Shown here one piece after another: positions 55,106 to 64,000 of a stretch of 64,000 nt of DNA; position 1 is the first letter of the stretch, and each line of letters begins with the position of its first letter. The stretch lies in assembly GCA_008690995.1 (NCBI GenBank), contig VRMN01000001.1, forward strand, positions 2,666,001 to 2,730,000, written 5' to 3'. A program made the position numbers and the translations under genes. Source of the DNA: Porphyridium purpureum (lineage: Eukaryota). The notes beneath the pieces were generated by a model. The model was not told the DNA's origin. It was given only the letters and a program-made list of their open reading frames with translations, and made no database searches.

Positions 55106-57730
55106 TCACTTGCGAGGATTGACCGGGTAGAGGTATCGGGCGAGACCTGCATTCATCATGTCGCGCGTCGTGATGGGATGGGGTGGTTGAGTGCTTGATT
55201 GAGTCGAGGCCGAGTAGGCATGCTCACGCTCTGGGGAAGTGTTGAGCTGCAGCCGGACAGTGGGCGGCGCCAGGCGGCGCGCACTGCTGCCGCTACTGTC
55301 CCGGCGCCTGGTGGATGGGCGCATGGATGCCGACGCTGCAAGATGTGACATGAAGGCGGGGTCGCGCACACGGCGCTCATGTAACTCCCTCACATCCACC
55401 ATAAGCTTGCTGGCTTGCAGGCCCAGCCACTGGACCAGCCAGCTCTCGGGGTTGCCCGGCGTCACAAAGATCAGACCCATGCGCCTCGCCGTTTGCTCGT
55501 ATCCGCCATGCACATGCACCGCATAGCGTAGATCGTGACGCTGGGTGCGAAGCAAGTCGTCACGCGCAGGCATCAAGTCCGGGAAACCGTTGCGATCGAT
55601 CCACGAGCTTAGCGCCAGGCTAAAGTTTTGCCACGAGTGCAACCACTCAATCGACACCTGCTGCCGGCCACGATCCAGCGTTACGGGCATCCCTATGTAT
55701 TCAGCATATGCATCCTGACCGCCGTGGTAGCGCTGAATTGCAAAGGCTATGTCGCTTCGCCCGTCCAGTTTGAGATTATCAAGGCTCGGCATGCGGCGTG
55801 TGTCCAACCCACGGTCTTTGATGTACACGCGGAGCTCGCGTTTCACATTCGCCGGATTTGCCCAAAAATTCGACGGACGACGCGGAAAGGAGAAGCGAAG
55901 ACCCAACCGCTGCGCGTAGAAAATCCAGCCACCACAGTCGCGCACGCCGTACGCAAGATCCGCGCGGCCGGCCTTGACCATAAATACACTGGATGGCATG
56001 GTACCGCGCATATCCATGGGCAAAAGCGCGCAAAACTCACGCAACTCGCTCTGTACATTACGCGGATCGCGCCAAAAGCCAGCTGAACGTTGCTGTACGT
56101 TGATCAGACGCTTCATTTTTCTTGCGGTCAGCAGAAAGCCACCGTGCAGCTGGATACCGAAGATAAGATCGAAGCGCCCTTCGGCGTGTAGAGCAGCAAA
56201 CGAAGGAAAGTAACGACCCATGCCTTTCATTTCGACGTACGCATCAATGCGTCGCTCGAGGTTCATCAAGTCACGCCAGAAGCTATACGGCCCATGCCAG
56301 AACAGGTGCATCAACCGCGCCACGCGCGAGAACCCGCCATGTCTCTCAATTGCGTACACCAGGTCACCACGCTGGTGCCTTCTTAATTCCGGTGCAGACG
56401 GCATGAGACCTGGATATCCAAATAAATGGATAAAGGAGCCCACTTCGCCTTGCACGGTGCAAAAGTCATCCCAATACCCACGCGCACGTCGCGAAACTCC
56501 AGCGCCAAGTGCCAGGCGCTCACGAGCTTGGTGAAATCCGCCGTGCTTGCGAATGGCATTGACGAGATCACCACGCCCCGCGGCAAGCAATTCATTCTTC
56601 CGCGGCACGCGATTTTCTATGCCGTACATCTGGCAAAACTCCCGCAACGCGTGTTCTACATTTTCAAAGGCATTCCAATAGCCCGGTGGCGCGCGGAAGC
56701 GCCCCGGGGCACCGACCGACACACCAGGCCCCTTTTGAGTGCGCAATTGCTTCAAGTGGTGCTCCTGGCCAAGTGCGCGAATCCGAGAAAACCCACCATG
56801 CAAGCGCATCGCCTGCAGCAGGTAACCGTATCCATGATCGCGCAGGTCTTTGCACGTGACTGTCCATGCTGGTCCGTCGAATATGGCGAGAAAATCAATG
56901 TATTCGTCAAGCACGTGGCGCAGTACACTCCAATCGCGCCGCGGCTGTGCCGCTTCCCACTGGAGCGCGTCCGCAATGCGCTGCATACCACCAAGCTTGC
57001 GGATTCGATACACCAAGTCGCCTCGACCGGAGCTCAGGAGCTGTTTTCGCGTTGGAAGCCTGTCCGCCGGCAGCGAGTACCGCACTTGTACGCTGCGCAG
57101 CCCGAAACAAACATCCTGGAGCTCCGCACTGTGCACAACAATTGCCCGGTCCTTGCAGTTGCTCGCATCTCCATCCACAGGTAAAATCCTTGAGCGAGAC
57201 TTGACTCGCTCCAGCACAGTGCGCTGGCGCTGCGAAAGCGTCGTGTCGCGAGACGAAAGATGACGGTGGCGAGTCAAAGCACTTTCGCGCGCGGCGGACT
57301 CCTTGCTTGCAGGCTCCATCCGCATCGTCTCACGATAGCGAGTCACGCTTGCCTTGCGCGCACTTTTCGGCGTGCGTTCGTTTTCGAGCCGACCAAACGC
57401 CTGCACGTGATTTGTTTCCGCCAGTGCGCGCCGCGTGATGATGCCTGCACGTCGCCGCCATCCTGCACCGGTGTGCACTGCGCGCGGCAGCGCCGGGACA
57501 GTCCGAGAGTGTGGCCACCTTTTCACAAGAGCCAATGGTGACCCTCTTGCTCCACAAGTCGATGCCGAGAGCGAAAGCGACGGCAATGCGCACGTGGATT
57601 GCGCGAGACCACCGCCGAAAGTGTGATCGGAGTTGGATACTTGATGTCTTCGCCGTCGCCGCGCGCGCGGCTTGGAGCTCGAGGCTCTCTTCTGATTCGA
57701 CGACAATGCCGGCGTGCCGAGAAACGCCAT
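55106..57730 (-). CDS. Plastid-targeted tandem-repeat protein (8 x ~65-70 aa) of unknown function
   Basis: MAFL transit peptide; repeated G[YF]W....NV..EL..F...MP...L...GR.DL..AI..HGG..A..LGL. Confidence 0.88.
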   Translation of the reverse strand: MAFLGTPALSSNQKRASSSKPRARRRRRHQVSNSDHTFGGGLAQSTCALPSLSLSASTCGARGSPLALVKRWPHSRTVPALPRAVHTGAGWRRRAGIITRRALAETNHVQAFGRLENERTPKSARKASVTRYRETMRMEPASKESAARESALTRHRHLSSRDTTLSQRQRTVLERVKSRSRILPVDGDASNCKDRAIVVHSAELQDVCFGLRSVQVRYSLPADRLPTRKQLLSSGRGDLVYRIRKLGGMQRIADALQWEAAQPRRDWSVLRHVLDEYIDFLAIFDGPAWTVTCKDLRDHGYGYLLQAMRLHGGFSRIRALGQEHHLKQLRTQKGPGVSVGAPGRFRAPPGYWNAFENVEHALREFCQMYGIENRVPRKNELLAAGRGDLVNAIRKHGGFHQARERLALGAGVSRRARGYWDDFCTVQGEVGSFIHLFGYPGLMPSAPELRRHQRGDLVYAIERHGGFSRVARLMHLFWHGPYSFWRDLMNLERRIDAYVEMKGMGRYFPSFAALHAEGRFDLIFGIQLHGGFLLTARKMKRLINVQQRSAGFWRDPRNVQSELREFCALLPMDMRGTMPSSVFMVKAGRADLAYGVRDCGGWIFYAQRLGLRFSFPRRPSNFWANPANVKRELRVYIKDRGLDTRRMPSLDNLKLDGRSDIAFAIQRYHGGQDAYAEYIGMPVTLDRGRQQVSIEWLHSWQNFSLALSSWIDRNGFPDLMPARDDLLRTQRHDLRYAVHVHGGYEQTARRMGLIFVTPGNPESWLVQWLGLQASKLMVDVRELHERRVRDPAFMSHLAASASMRPSTRRRDSSGSSARRLAPPTVRLQLNTSPEREHAYSASTQSSTQPPHPITTRDMMNAGLARYLYPVNPRK

Positions 57731-59107
57731 GGTGCCCGCCCGCGCCGGCTGTTGGCCCGCGCCACAACGTCCAGCTCGGCGCTCCGACGACGTTAAGATG
57801 GATGCGCATTCCTACCAAAATGGCCGCATGCTGCGGCAATGCGGTGGAAACGCGCTCGGCCAGTGAAATGTGATCACGCGCGAGGTACAGTGAAAGTACA
57901 GCTCGAGAATGTGATGAGGTGGAACGCGGAAGTTGAGAGCCAGCCACGGAAGTCAACAGCTGATGGCGAGTGCGGCCTGCGCAGCTCGAAACTAGCGTCA
58001 CAAGATGAGATTGAACCTGCCAGGACAGCTGCCCACAAGCATGGTCAGGATACTGGCGTGTGTGTGATGCTTCGGAAGTGGGCGTGGAAGGCCAGTCGTG
58101 TATTACGCAAAACGTACCTTTCTGGCGGCGATTCACTTGTAGTGGCTCTTGAAGGCTGACCAACGACTCTGAGAGAAGGTGTGGACTTTCTTGAGTGAGG
58201 GTGTTATGTTCGTCGCCAACCTTTCCAGCAGGACGAACTTTGAAAATCGCAATGCCAAACTGGCGATGACTATTTCTCACTCCTTTGCTTCATCCTGAAT
58301 GATCGTGAAAACTTCACTCAAGGTCAAAAGCAGGTGTCATGTGAGGAGGAAGTACAACAAACACTCACGGCATTCACGCTCTTCGACCTGCTTCCACCTG
58401 TCAAGGTCCAATGAACCAACACGGAGATCAAACATACAGCCCCAGCCGACATGGATAAGAACACAAAGAATGGTGTGGAGCCGGACGGCACGTGAAACGC
58501 ATACATCAACCGCCAGAAGGCCGCTCAACATTATGTCAGAATTTACGGCGTAAGACCCAACGTGCAGGTCGTACACGGAAGAGCCCTTTCTCGTTCCACG
58601 GAAACAATTAGTCAAGGGGTACCTGCATCAGGGCTGGCCAAGAAGTTCGGATCAAACACCATAGCGTTTGACCAACACCAATTCCACACTTCAAGGCTGG
58701 TCGCTTGCTCTTACACCGACCTGAAGACTCTGACCCTCAATTCAGAACATGTTCCTGGGAGCTATGCTTTCGGCGTGACAATGACTGCCGCCCGCGGATT
58801 CGAGATCAAAATGTATGAATGGCGTAAACCTTTCTGTACTTGTTTCTGGACATTATGAGAGGGAGGCAGCGGCCGCACGCAGTTGGGAAGCGGCGGATTC
58901 TGCACGGGGCAGAAACAGAATTATCACCAGCAGACGTGTTATGATTCGCTTGTTATTCATACTCGGCAACAACGCGACTAGAAAAAGTCGTCTATCATTC
59001 TAGTGAATGGTACTAAATTTTAAAGCTGCATGACGGGTTCAACGCAGACGAAGTAAATGGGCTCGGATCTCATGAAACACGAGCACGGACGGTTTGCCCA
59101 ACGCACT

Positions 59108-59869
59108 CTAGTTTGCTTCGGCGAGCTCTCGGTCAAAGTGCCAGATTCCGTGGCCCGTGCCGATGCGGCGGAGCTGCGCAACAAAGTCGGCAGACTTCTT
59201 GACCGCCAGACGCTGCTCGGCGAGCATATCTTCCACAAACTGGGTCATTTCCGGGTCTTTGGCCTCATCCGCCGTGTTCCATACGTCCATCAGCTTCTTG
59301 TACACAAATTTTTCCAGCTGCAGGTGCAAGTCCATTGCGTACAGCGCGTCGGACGTGCCGTCGAGGTTCTCAAAGTGCATAGTCGGCACGGCAATGGGCT
59401 TAAACTGCACGCGCCCGCCTTTGGAGTTCTGGTAATCGATAAACATCTGCGCGTGCGAGCGCTCCTCCGAGCTCTCTTCCTTGAAGTACTTTGCAAAGCC
59501 CGGCAACGCCACAGTATCGCGGCCAAAGTACGCGGAGAGCGCGTGGTACGCGTAGCTAGCCGTGTACTCTACGTTGATCTGATTGTTCAGCGCCTCTTCG
59601 CACGCGTCAGACAACAGGACGCGGCAGCGCGTGGCGACGGCGACCGTGCCGCCGTCCTCCGGCTGGAAAACCATGCCCTGGAACTCCTTCCCCGCCTCCT
59701 GCACGTCCACGTCCGCGAAGTCGATTCTATCTGCGCCGCCATTGCCGGTCTGCATCACGACGCTTCGCGCAGCATGCGCCTTGCGCGCGCATACCACTCC
59801 GCGCGCGTTGACCATGCGGCGCGACGCACTGGCGGCACTCCCGCTTCCCACAGCTCCTACGAACGCCAT
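59108..59869 (-). CDS. Ferritin, plastid-targeted
   Basis: MAFV transit peptide; LNNQINVEYTASYAYH, EESSEERSHA, YQNSKGGRV and LRRIGTGHGIWHFD; ATG at 59869. Confidence 0.96.
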   Translation of the reverse strand: MAFVGAVGSGSAASASRRMVNARGVVCARKAHAARSVVMQTGNGGADRIDFADVDVQEAGKEFQGMVFQPEDGGTVAVATRCRVLLSDACEEALNNQINVEYTASYAYHALSAYFGRDTVALPGFAKYFKEESSEERSHAQMFIDYQNSKGGRVQFKPIAVPTMHFENLDGTSDALYAMDLHLQLEKFVYKKLMDVWNTADEAKDPEMTQFVEDMLAEQRLAVKKSADFVAQLRRIGTGHGIWHFDRELAEAN

Positions 59870-60332
59870 AATTGCTCTCAACACAGAGACGCTGCTCAAT
59901 TCACCTAGCCCAGCTGCCGCGCACGGTTGATCGGTTATGTCTGACGTCAAATGCCCACTCTTGCTCCTATCTTCCCTTGCCTTTGCCCTTCCATCCTCAT
60001 CGTCCCCGCTTCCAACTTGAAGATGCACGCGAACGTTGGAGAGTGGAAAATCTGCACGGCCGATCGCCGTGGTAGATCCCATAACAAAACACGCCAAGTT
60101 TATGATAAAGTCCGGCGCTCTCATCACATCCAAATGGCGGCGTTTGTGTGCTCACGCGACAAGTACAGTGCGGTTTTGATCAGGAAAGAATAGTAGGTAC
60201 AGTGATCCACTTGGTCGTTCTGCGTGTGGCATGCAAGTATGGCTGCGGTGGAAGTCGACGCGGGAGGGGAAGAATGGGTGAGCAACGGCGTAAAGGTGGT
60301 TGAGGAGTTGGGGAATACAGGGACAGCGCGTC

Positions 60333-60767
60333 ATGTTGCCGTCGTATATCTTGCAGGAGTCCGCGCTCTGGAGACGGATAGTGCAGAAGTGGGGCACGCC
60401 CAGGGGCAAGGCGACGGTGAGCGTGGGGTTCCTGGGGGGCGCCTGGGTGATCTATCGTGTGTGCAAGTTTGCAACCGACCTTGGCGGCGATGAGCTGGAG
60501 CGCGAAATGATGGAAAAGCTGGAGAACAGTGCGGAAGCGAGGCGCATCGCCCGCACCTCGCAAGACGCCATGGCGACGGTGCTGGCGCAGGCTCGCGGCG
60601 CGCCCATCGAGGCCGGACACCGCGAGATTCCAGTCTCGCCCATTCTGTGGCATCCCAAAGTCATGGAGCAGGACCGGCGCGAGCGAGAAGAGGCCGCGCG
60701 GCAGCGCACGGCAAGACTAGCCGCAGAACAGGATGCGCGGCCTTCAAATGCGCCGCCCCCTTCTTAG
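60333..60767 (+). CDS. Hypothetical small protein with one hydrophobic segment and a coiled coil
   Basis: 144 aa from the ATG at 60333; GC3-rich coding-like codon usage. Confidence 0.6.
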   Translation: MLPSYILQESALWRRIVQKWGTPRGKATVSVGFLGGAWVIYRVCKFATDLGGDELEREMMEKLENSAEARRIARTSQDAMATVLAQARGAPIEAGHREIPVSPILWHPKVMEQDRREREEAARQRTARLAAEQDARPSNAPPPS

Positions 60768-61349
60768 TATACCGGTAGCTCTTTCAAACTTGCCTCTTGA
60801 CATAGAAAAACGTGTACACAGACCGACATGCCATGTTTAATCGATGTCCTTTCTCCGCAAATACCGGGGAAGCTCCGCTGCAATCATCTGCCCGGGTTCA
60901 CATGCGTGCGCGAGGGCCACAACTTGCGGTGCCGGATGTCCATGCCGCGTCCGTTGTTGCCACGACCGCTCGCGCGATCAGGCCTGCCCGGCTACCACGC
61001 GCACACAATGGACAAACCACCTCTGGAACTGTACTTCGATTACTGAATGGACAGTACCCCCTCGAAGGTCGCGCGTGCTGCCCTGGGCGTGTAACCGATC
61101 GCGCGTGCTTGCACGACAAGTGCGAGAGTCGCAGACATGTTGGTGCGTGGCCGGCTGGCTGTCTGTCGCGTTCGGCCTACTATAAGGGCGACAGGCCACA
61201 GGGCGCAGCTGCATGAATGCGTGCCGTCTGTGGACAAGTGAGCGCGCCGTTGACTAGAGGAGCTCTCTCCGGGATCATTGACGCCGAGGGACACCAAAAG
61301 AAAGTAAGCACACCAACCGCAAAGAACAGAAACAACGCGCGCACCAGAA

Positions 61350-62882
61350 ATGGCCTTGCTAGCAGCGGCACACGGCTCGCCGGCATTGAGTGCGATGCAC
61401 TCGCAAATGCTAGCAGCGGGCGCAACTTCCGCGCTGGCGAACGCGTCTCGGTGGCAGAAGTGCGTGCGCAGCGCGGCGTCGCGTGGCATGGCGGATGCCG
61501 CCGTTGCCCATGCAGAAGCTGCCTTGTCTGAACTGGACTCGGCAAGAAGCTTGTTGCCGAGCGTGGACCCCGCAAAATGGAGCGCGTATCACCAAGTCAG
61601 TACGCACGGAAACCTGCGCGATTCAGATCGTGTGTTCACCAACTTGTACGGAGAGCACGACCCCATGCTAAAGGGCGCACAAAAGCGGGGTGACTGGTAC
61701 AAGACGAAGCAGATCCTGCAGCGCGGGAAAGAATGGGCACTCGAGAACGTGCGAAAGTCTGGGTTGCGCGGTCGCGGTGGAGCCGGTTTTCCGACTGCAC
61801 TCAAATTGGGCTTCATGCCGCCTCCCGGGGATAAACCGCATTATCTGTGCGTGAATGCGGATGAAGGCGAACCTGGAACATCAAAGGACCGCCAAATTTT
61901 GCGTCACGAGCCCCACAAACTGATTGAAGGGATGCTGATCGCGTCACACACCATTGGGGCGCAGAAAGCCTTCATTTACATTCGAGGTGAATTTATTCGC
62001 GAACGCCAGCTTTTCCAGAAGGCGGTGGATGAAGCATACGCAAGCGGGCTCATCGGGAAGAATGCATGCGGCTCCGATTTTGATTTTGAAATTGTGGTGC
62101 ACCATGGCGCAGGAGCGTATGTCTGTGGTGAAGAGACTGCGCTGATTGAAAGCCTCGAGGGTAAAATGGGAAAACCGCGCCTGAAGCCGCCATTCCCGGC
62201 AAAGCATGGTCTGTATGGCTGCCCGACAATGGTCAGCAACGTCGAGACCATCAGTAATTTGCCCACCATTCTGCGCCGCGGCGGCGAGTGGTACGGTGGA
62301 CTGGGACGGCCCGGAAATTCAGGCACAAAGCTGTTCAGCATCAGCGGCCATGTCAATAACCCCACAACAGTTGAAGAGGAGATGAGCATTCCGCTACGGG
62401 AGCTGATCGAGAGACACGCCGGTGGAGTGCGTGGCGGCTGGGACAATGCTCTGGCCATTATCCCTGGTGGGGTGTCGTGTCCGATGCTGCCAAAGGACAT
62501 CTGCAATGAAGTGCTCATGGACTACGATGCGCTGTGGAGTGCCGGCTCCTCCTTTGGCACCGGCGCTGTGGTGGTCATGGACCGGTCGACGGATTTGGTC
62601 GACGCCGTCCGCAGGCTCGAGTTCTTCTACATGCACGAGTCGTGCGGCCAGTGTACGCCGTGCCGCGAGGGAACGGGCATTCTGTACGAAGGGCTGGACC
62701 GCATCATGAACAAGAAGGCGACCGCCGACGAATTGGACGACCTGCTGGACGTGTGCAAGAGCATACAGGGCCACACTGTGTGCGCGCTCGGCGATGCTGC
62801 GGCATTGCCAGTGCATGGCCTCATCCGCTTCTTCCGCGACGACATCGAAAAACGGATTGCCGCGCAGCACCTATCCACGTGA
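61350..62882 (+). CDS. NDUFV1: NADH:ubiquinone oxidoreductase 51-kDa flavoprotein subunit
   Basis: [50 protein letters not shown] and [20 protein letters not shown]; presequence-like N-terminus. Confidence 0.97.
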   Translation: MALLAAAHGSPALSAMHSQMLAAGATSALANASRWQKCVRSAASRGMADAAVAHAEAALSELDSARSLLPSVDPAKWSAYHQVSTHGNLRDSDRVFTNLYGEHDPMLKGAQKRGDWYKTKQILQRGKEWALENVRKSGLRGRGGAGFPTALKLGFMPPPGDKPHYLCVNADEGEPGTSKDRQILRHEPHKLIEGMLIASHTIGAQKAFIYIRGEFIRERQLFQKAVDEAYASGLIGKNACGSDFDFEIVVHHGAGAYVCGEETALIESLEGKMGKPRLKPPFPAKHGLYGCPTMVSNVETISNLPTILRRGGEWYGGLGRPGNSGTKLFSISGHVNNPTTVEEEMSIPLRELIERHAGGVRGGWDNALAIIPGGVSCPMLPKDICNEVLMDYDALWSAGSSFGTGAVVVMDRSTDLVDAVRRLEFFYMHESCGQCTPCREGTGILYEGLDRIMNKKATADELDDLLDVCKSIQGHTVCALGDAAALPVHGLIRFFRDDIEKRIAAQHLST

Positions 62883-63140
62883 GCCGCTGCTGCACGCGCG
62901 TCACGCTGTAAGTAAACACAACGAAGTCCTCTGCGCACTGTACCTGATCCTTTCCCCCCCAACTGTACCGCTTCACCTGGAATCTCCGCCATACGAATTC
63001 CAGCGGGCATTAGTACGGAGAGGGAAACAGACGGACAGCCGTCAGCGCTCGCAGCCAGGGACGCGAGGGCGTGTGGAGACACGTGCTGGTCAGCCAGGTG
63101 GGCGCCGACCACTTCATCGTATAAGGTGCGTACAGGCAAC

Positions 63141-63941
63141 ATGCGAGCGCTCGGGCTTTGGCGACAAGCTGCCCGTTTTCCCCGAGCGGGGTGGAGCCAG
63201 TCGGCTCGTGGGTCAAGCAGTACGCGCGGCTGCGATAGGAAAGGCGCGATGGGTTACAGCTGCGCCGGTGGTGACATGAATGGCGGGTGGCATCCGCGGG
63301 GGTTGTACACGCTCGCGCGCGTGCCGCCTCGAAACGGTATCCTCGGTGCGAGCCGCGACACATTGCAGCACGGGTTCAAGCGCGGCCTGTTCTTCGACTC
63401 GCTCAACCCATTCGCTGTGGCTCCGAAAACTGATATGCCCTCGGCCTCAACGCATGCGGCGCGAAAGCACCACGAGCGGAGACTCGTGCCCTTCTCGCCC
63501 GATGAATTATACAGGGTTGTGCTCGATGTGGGGCAGTACAAGAATTTTGTGCCTTGGTGCGTCGAGTCCCACGTGATTCGCGCAGACGAGACTACACACG
63601 AGATGGAGGCGAAGCTCAAAGTTGGCTTCCGCGTGTTTAGTGAGGAGTACACGAGCGTGATTAATTATGTGCCGCGAAGCTCAGTCAGGGTGCGCGCTGT
63701 CAACAGCTCCCTCTTCAAGCACCTTGTGAACGAGTGGCGCTTTAAGCCGGGCCCGGATAAGCACAGCGCATGGCTCGACTTCATGGTCGACTTCCAGTTC
63801 AAGAATACGCTGTATCAAGGTGCGTCCAACCTTTTCTTCGACGAGGTCTGCAAGAAGATGGTGGAGTCGTTTGAAAACCGGTGTATGGACCTGTACAATC
63901 GGTCTACGCGCTACACGCGTGGTCCGTCGCGTAGATTCTAG
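63141..63941 (+). CDS. COQ10: Coenzyme Q-binding START-domain protein
   Basis: ERRLVPFSPDELYRVVLDVGQYKNFVPWC, VGF...EEYTS, LFKHLVNEWRF and MVESFENRC. Confidence 0.93.
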   Translation: MRALGLWRQAARFPRAGWSQSARGSSSTRGCDRKGAMGYSCAGGDMNGGWHPRGLYTLARVPPRNGILGASRDTLQHGFKRGLFFDSLNPFAVAPKTDMPSASTHAARKHHERRLVPFSPDELYRVVLDVGQYKNFVPWCVESHVIRADETTHEMEAKLKVGFRVFSEEYTSVINYVPRSSVRVRAVNSSLFKHLVNEWRFKPGPDKHSAWLDFMVDFQFKNTLYQGASNLFFDEVCKKMVESFENRCMDLYNRSTRYTRGPSRRF

Positions 63942-64000
63942 CCGTCACACAGCGATGGAAAGCATGATCACAATGAGTGCAAGCTCTTTCGGCTGGTGTA

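Noticed and set aside
59057..59908. Long antisense ORFs over ferritin, and likewise over the SDR, GT10, NOP14, TRAPPC5 and repeat-protein genes
   Set aside because: These are shadow ORFs expected from GC-rich codon bias on the true coding strand; they carry no motifs.
59108..63941. Ferritin, NDUFV1 and COQ10 as a functional iron/respiration cluster
   Set aside because: The products go to different compartments and adjacency is unremarkable in a gene-dense genome; there is no co-regulation evidence in the sequence.
1..64000. CRISPR arrays, rRNA, transposases, reverse transcriptases, LTRs/TIRs and prokaryotic operons
   Set aside because: None seen; the gene content is eukaryotic nuclear and no spaced direct repeats or mobile-element motifs were found by eye.

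Overview
Gene-dense, essentially intron-free, GC-rich eukaryotic nuclear DNA. It most resembles a unicellular red alga such as Porphyridium; this is inferred from M-(x)-A-F plastid transit peptides, plastid ferritin, red-algal-type protein families and 14-130 bp intergenic gaps. About 33 protein genes are supported, including an SDR, GLTP, CSN6, a plastid-targeted HolB-like protein, SQT1/AAMP, NCAPG2, SDE2, a Gfo/Idh/MocA oxidoreductase, RPB10, TRAPPC5, two C2H2 factors, PITP, cofilin, NOP14, an XIP-like aquaporin, Wee1, a GT10 glycosyltransferase, TSPO, a histidine phosphatase, a hemerythrin-like protein, ferritin, NDUFV1 and COQ10. Highlights: (1) a ZNFX1-type helicase/NFX1/RING/RZ-finger gene split into four ORFs by two in-frame stops and one frameshift; (2) a plastid-targeted protein made of eight ~65-70 aa tandem repeats of unknown function; (3) a cyanobacterial-type DNA Pol III delta-prime homologue; (4) a frameshift in the essential gene NOP14, probably an assembly error; (5) several proteins with altered catalytic or pore motifs; (6) a pseudogenised secreted protein. 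No convincing rRNA, tRNA, CRISPR array or transposon was found. All family assignments come from recognising motifs by eye, not from database searches.
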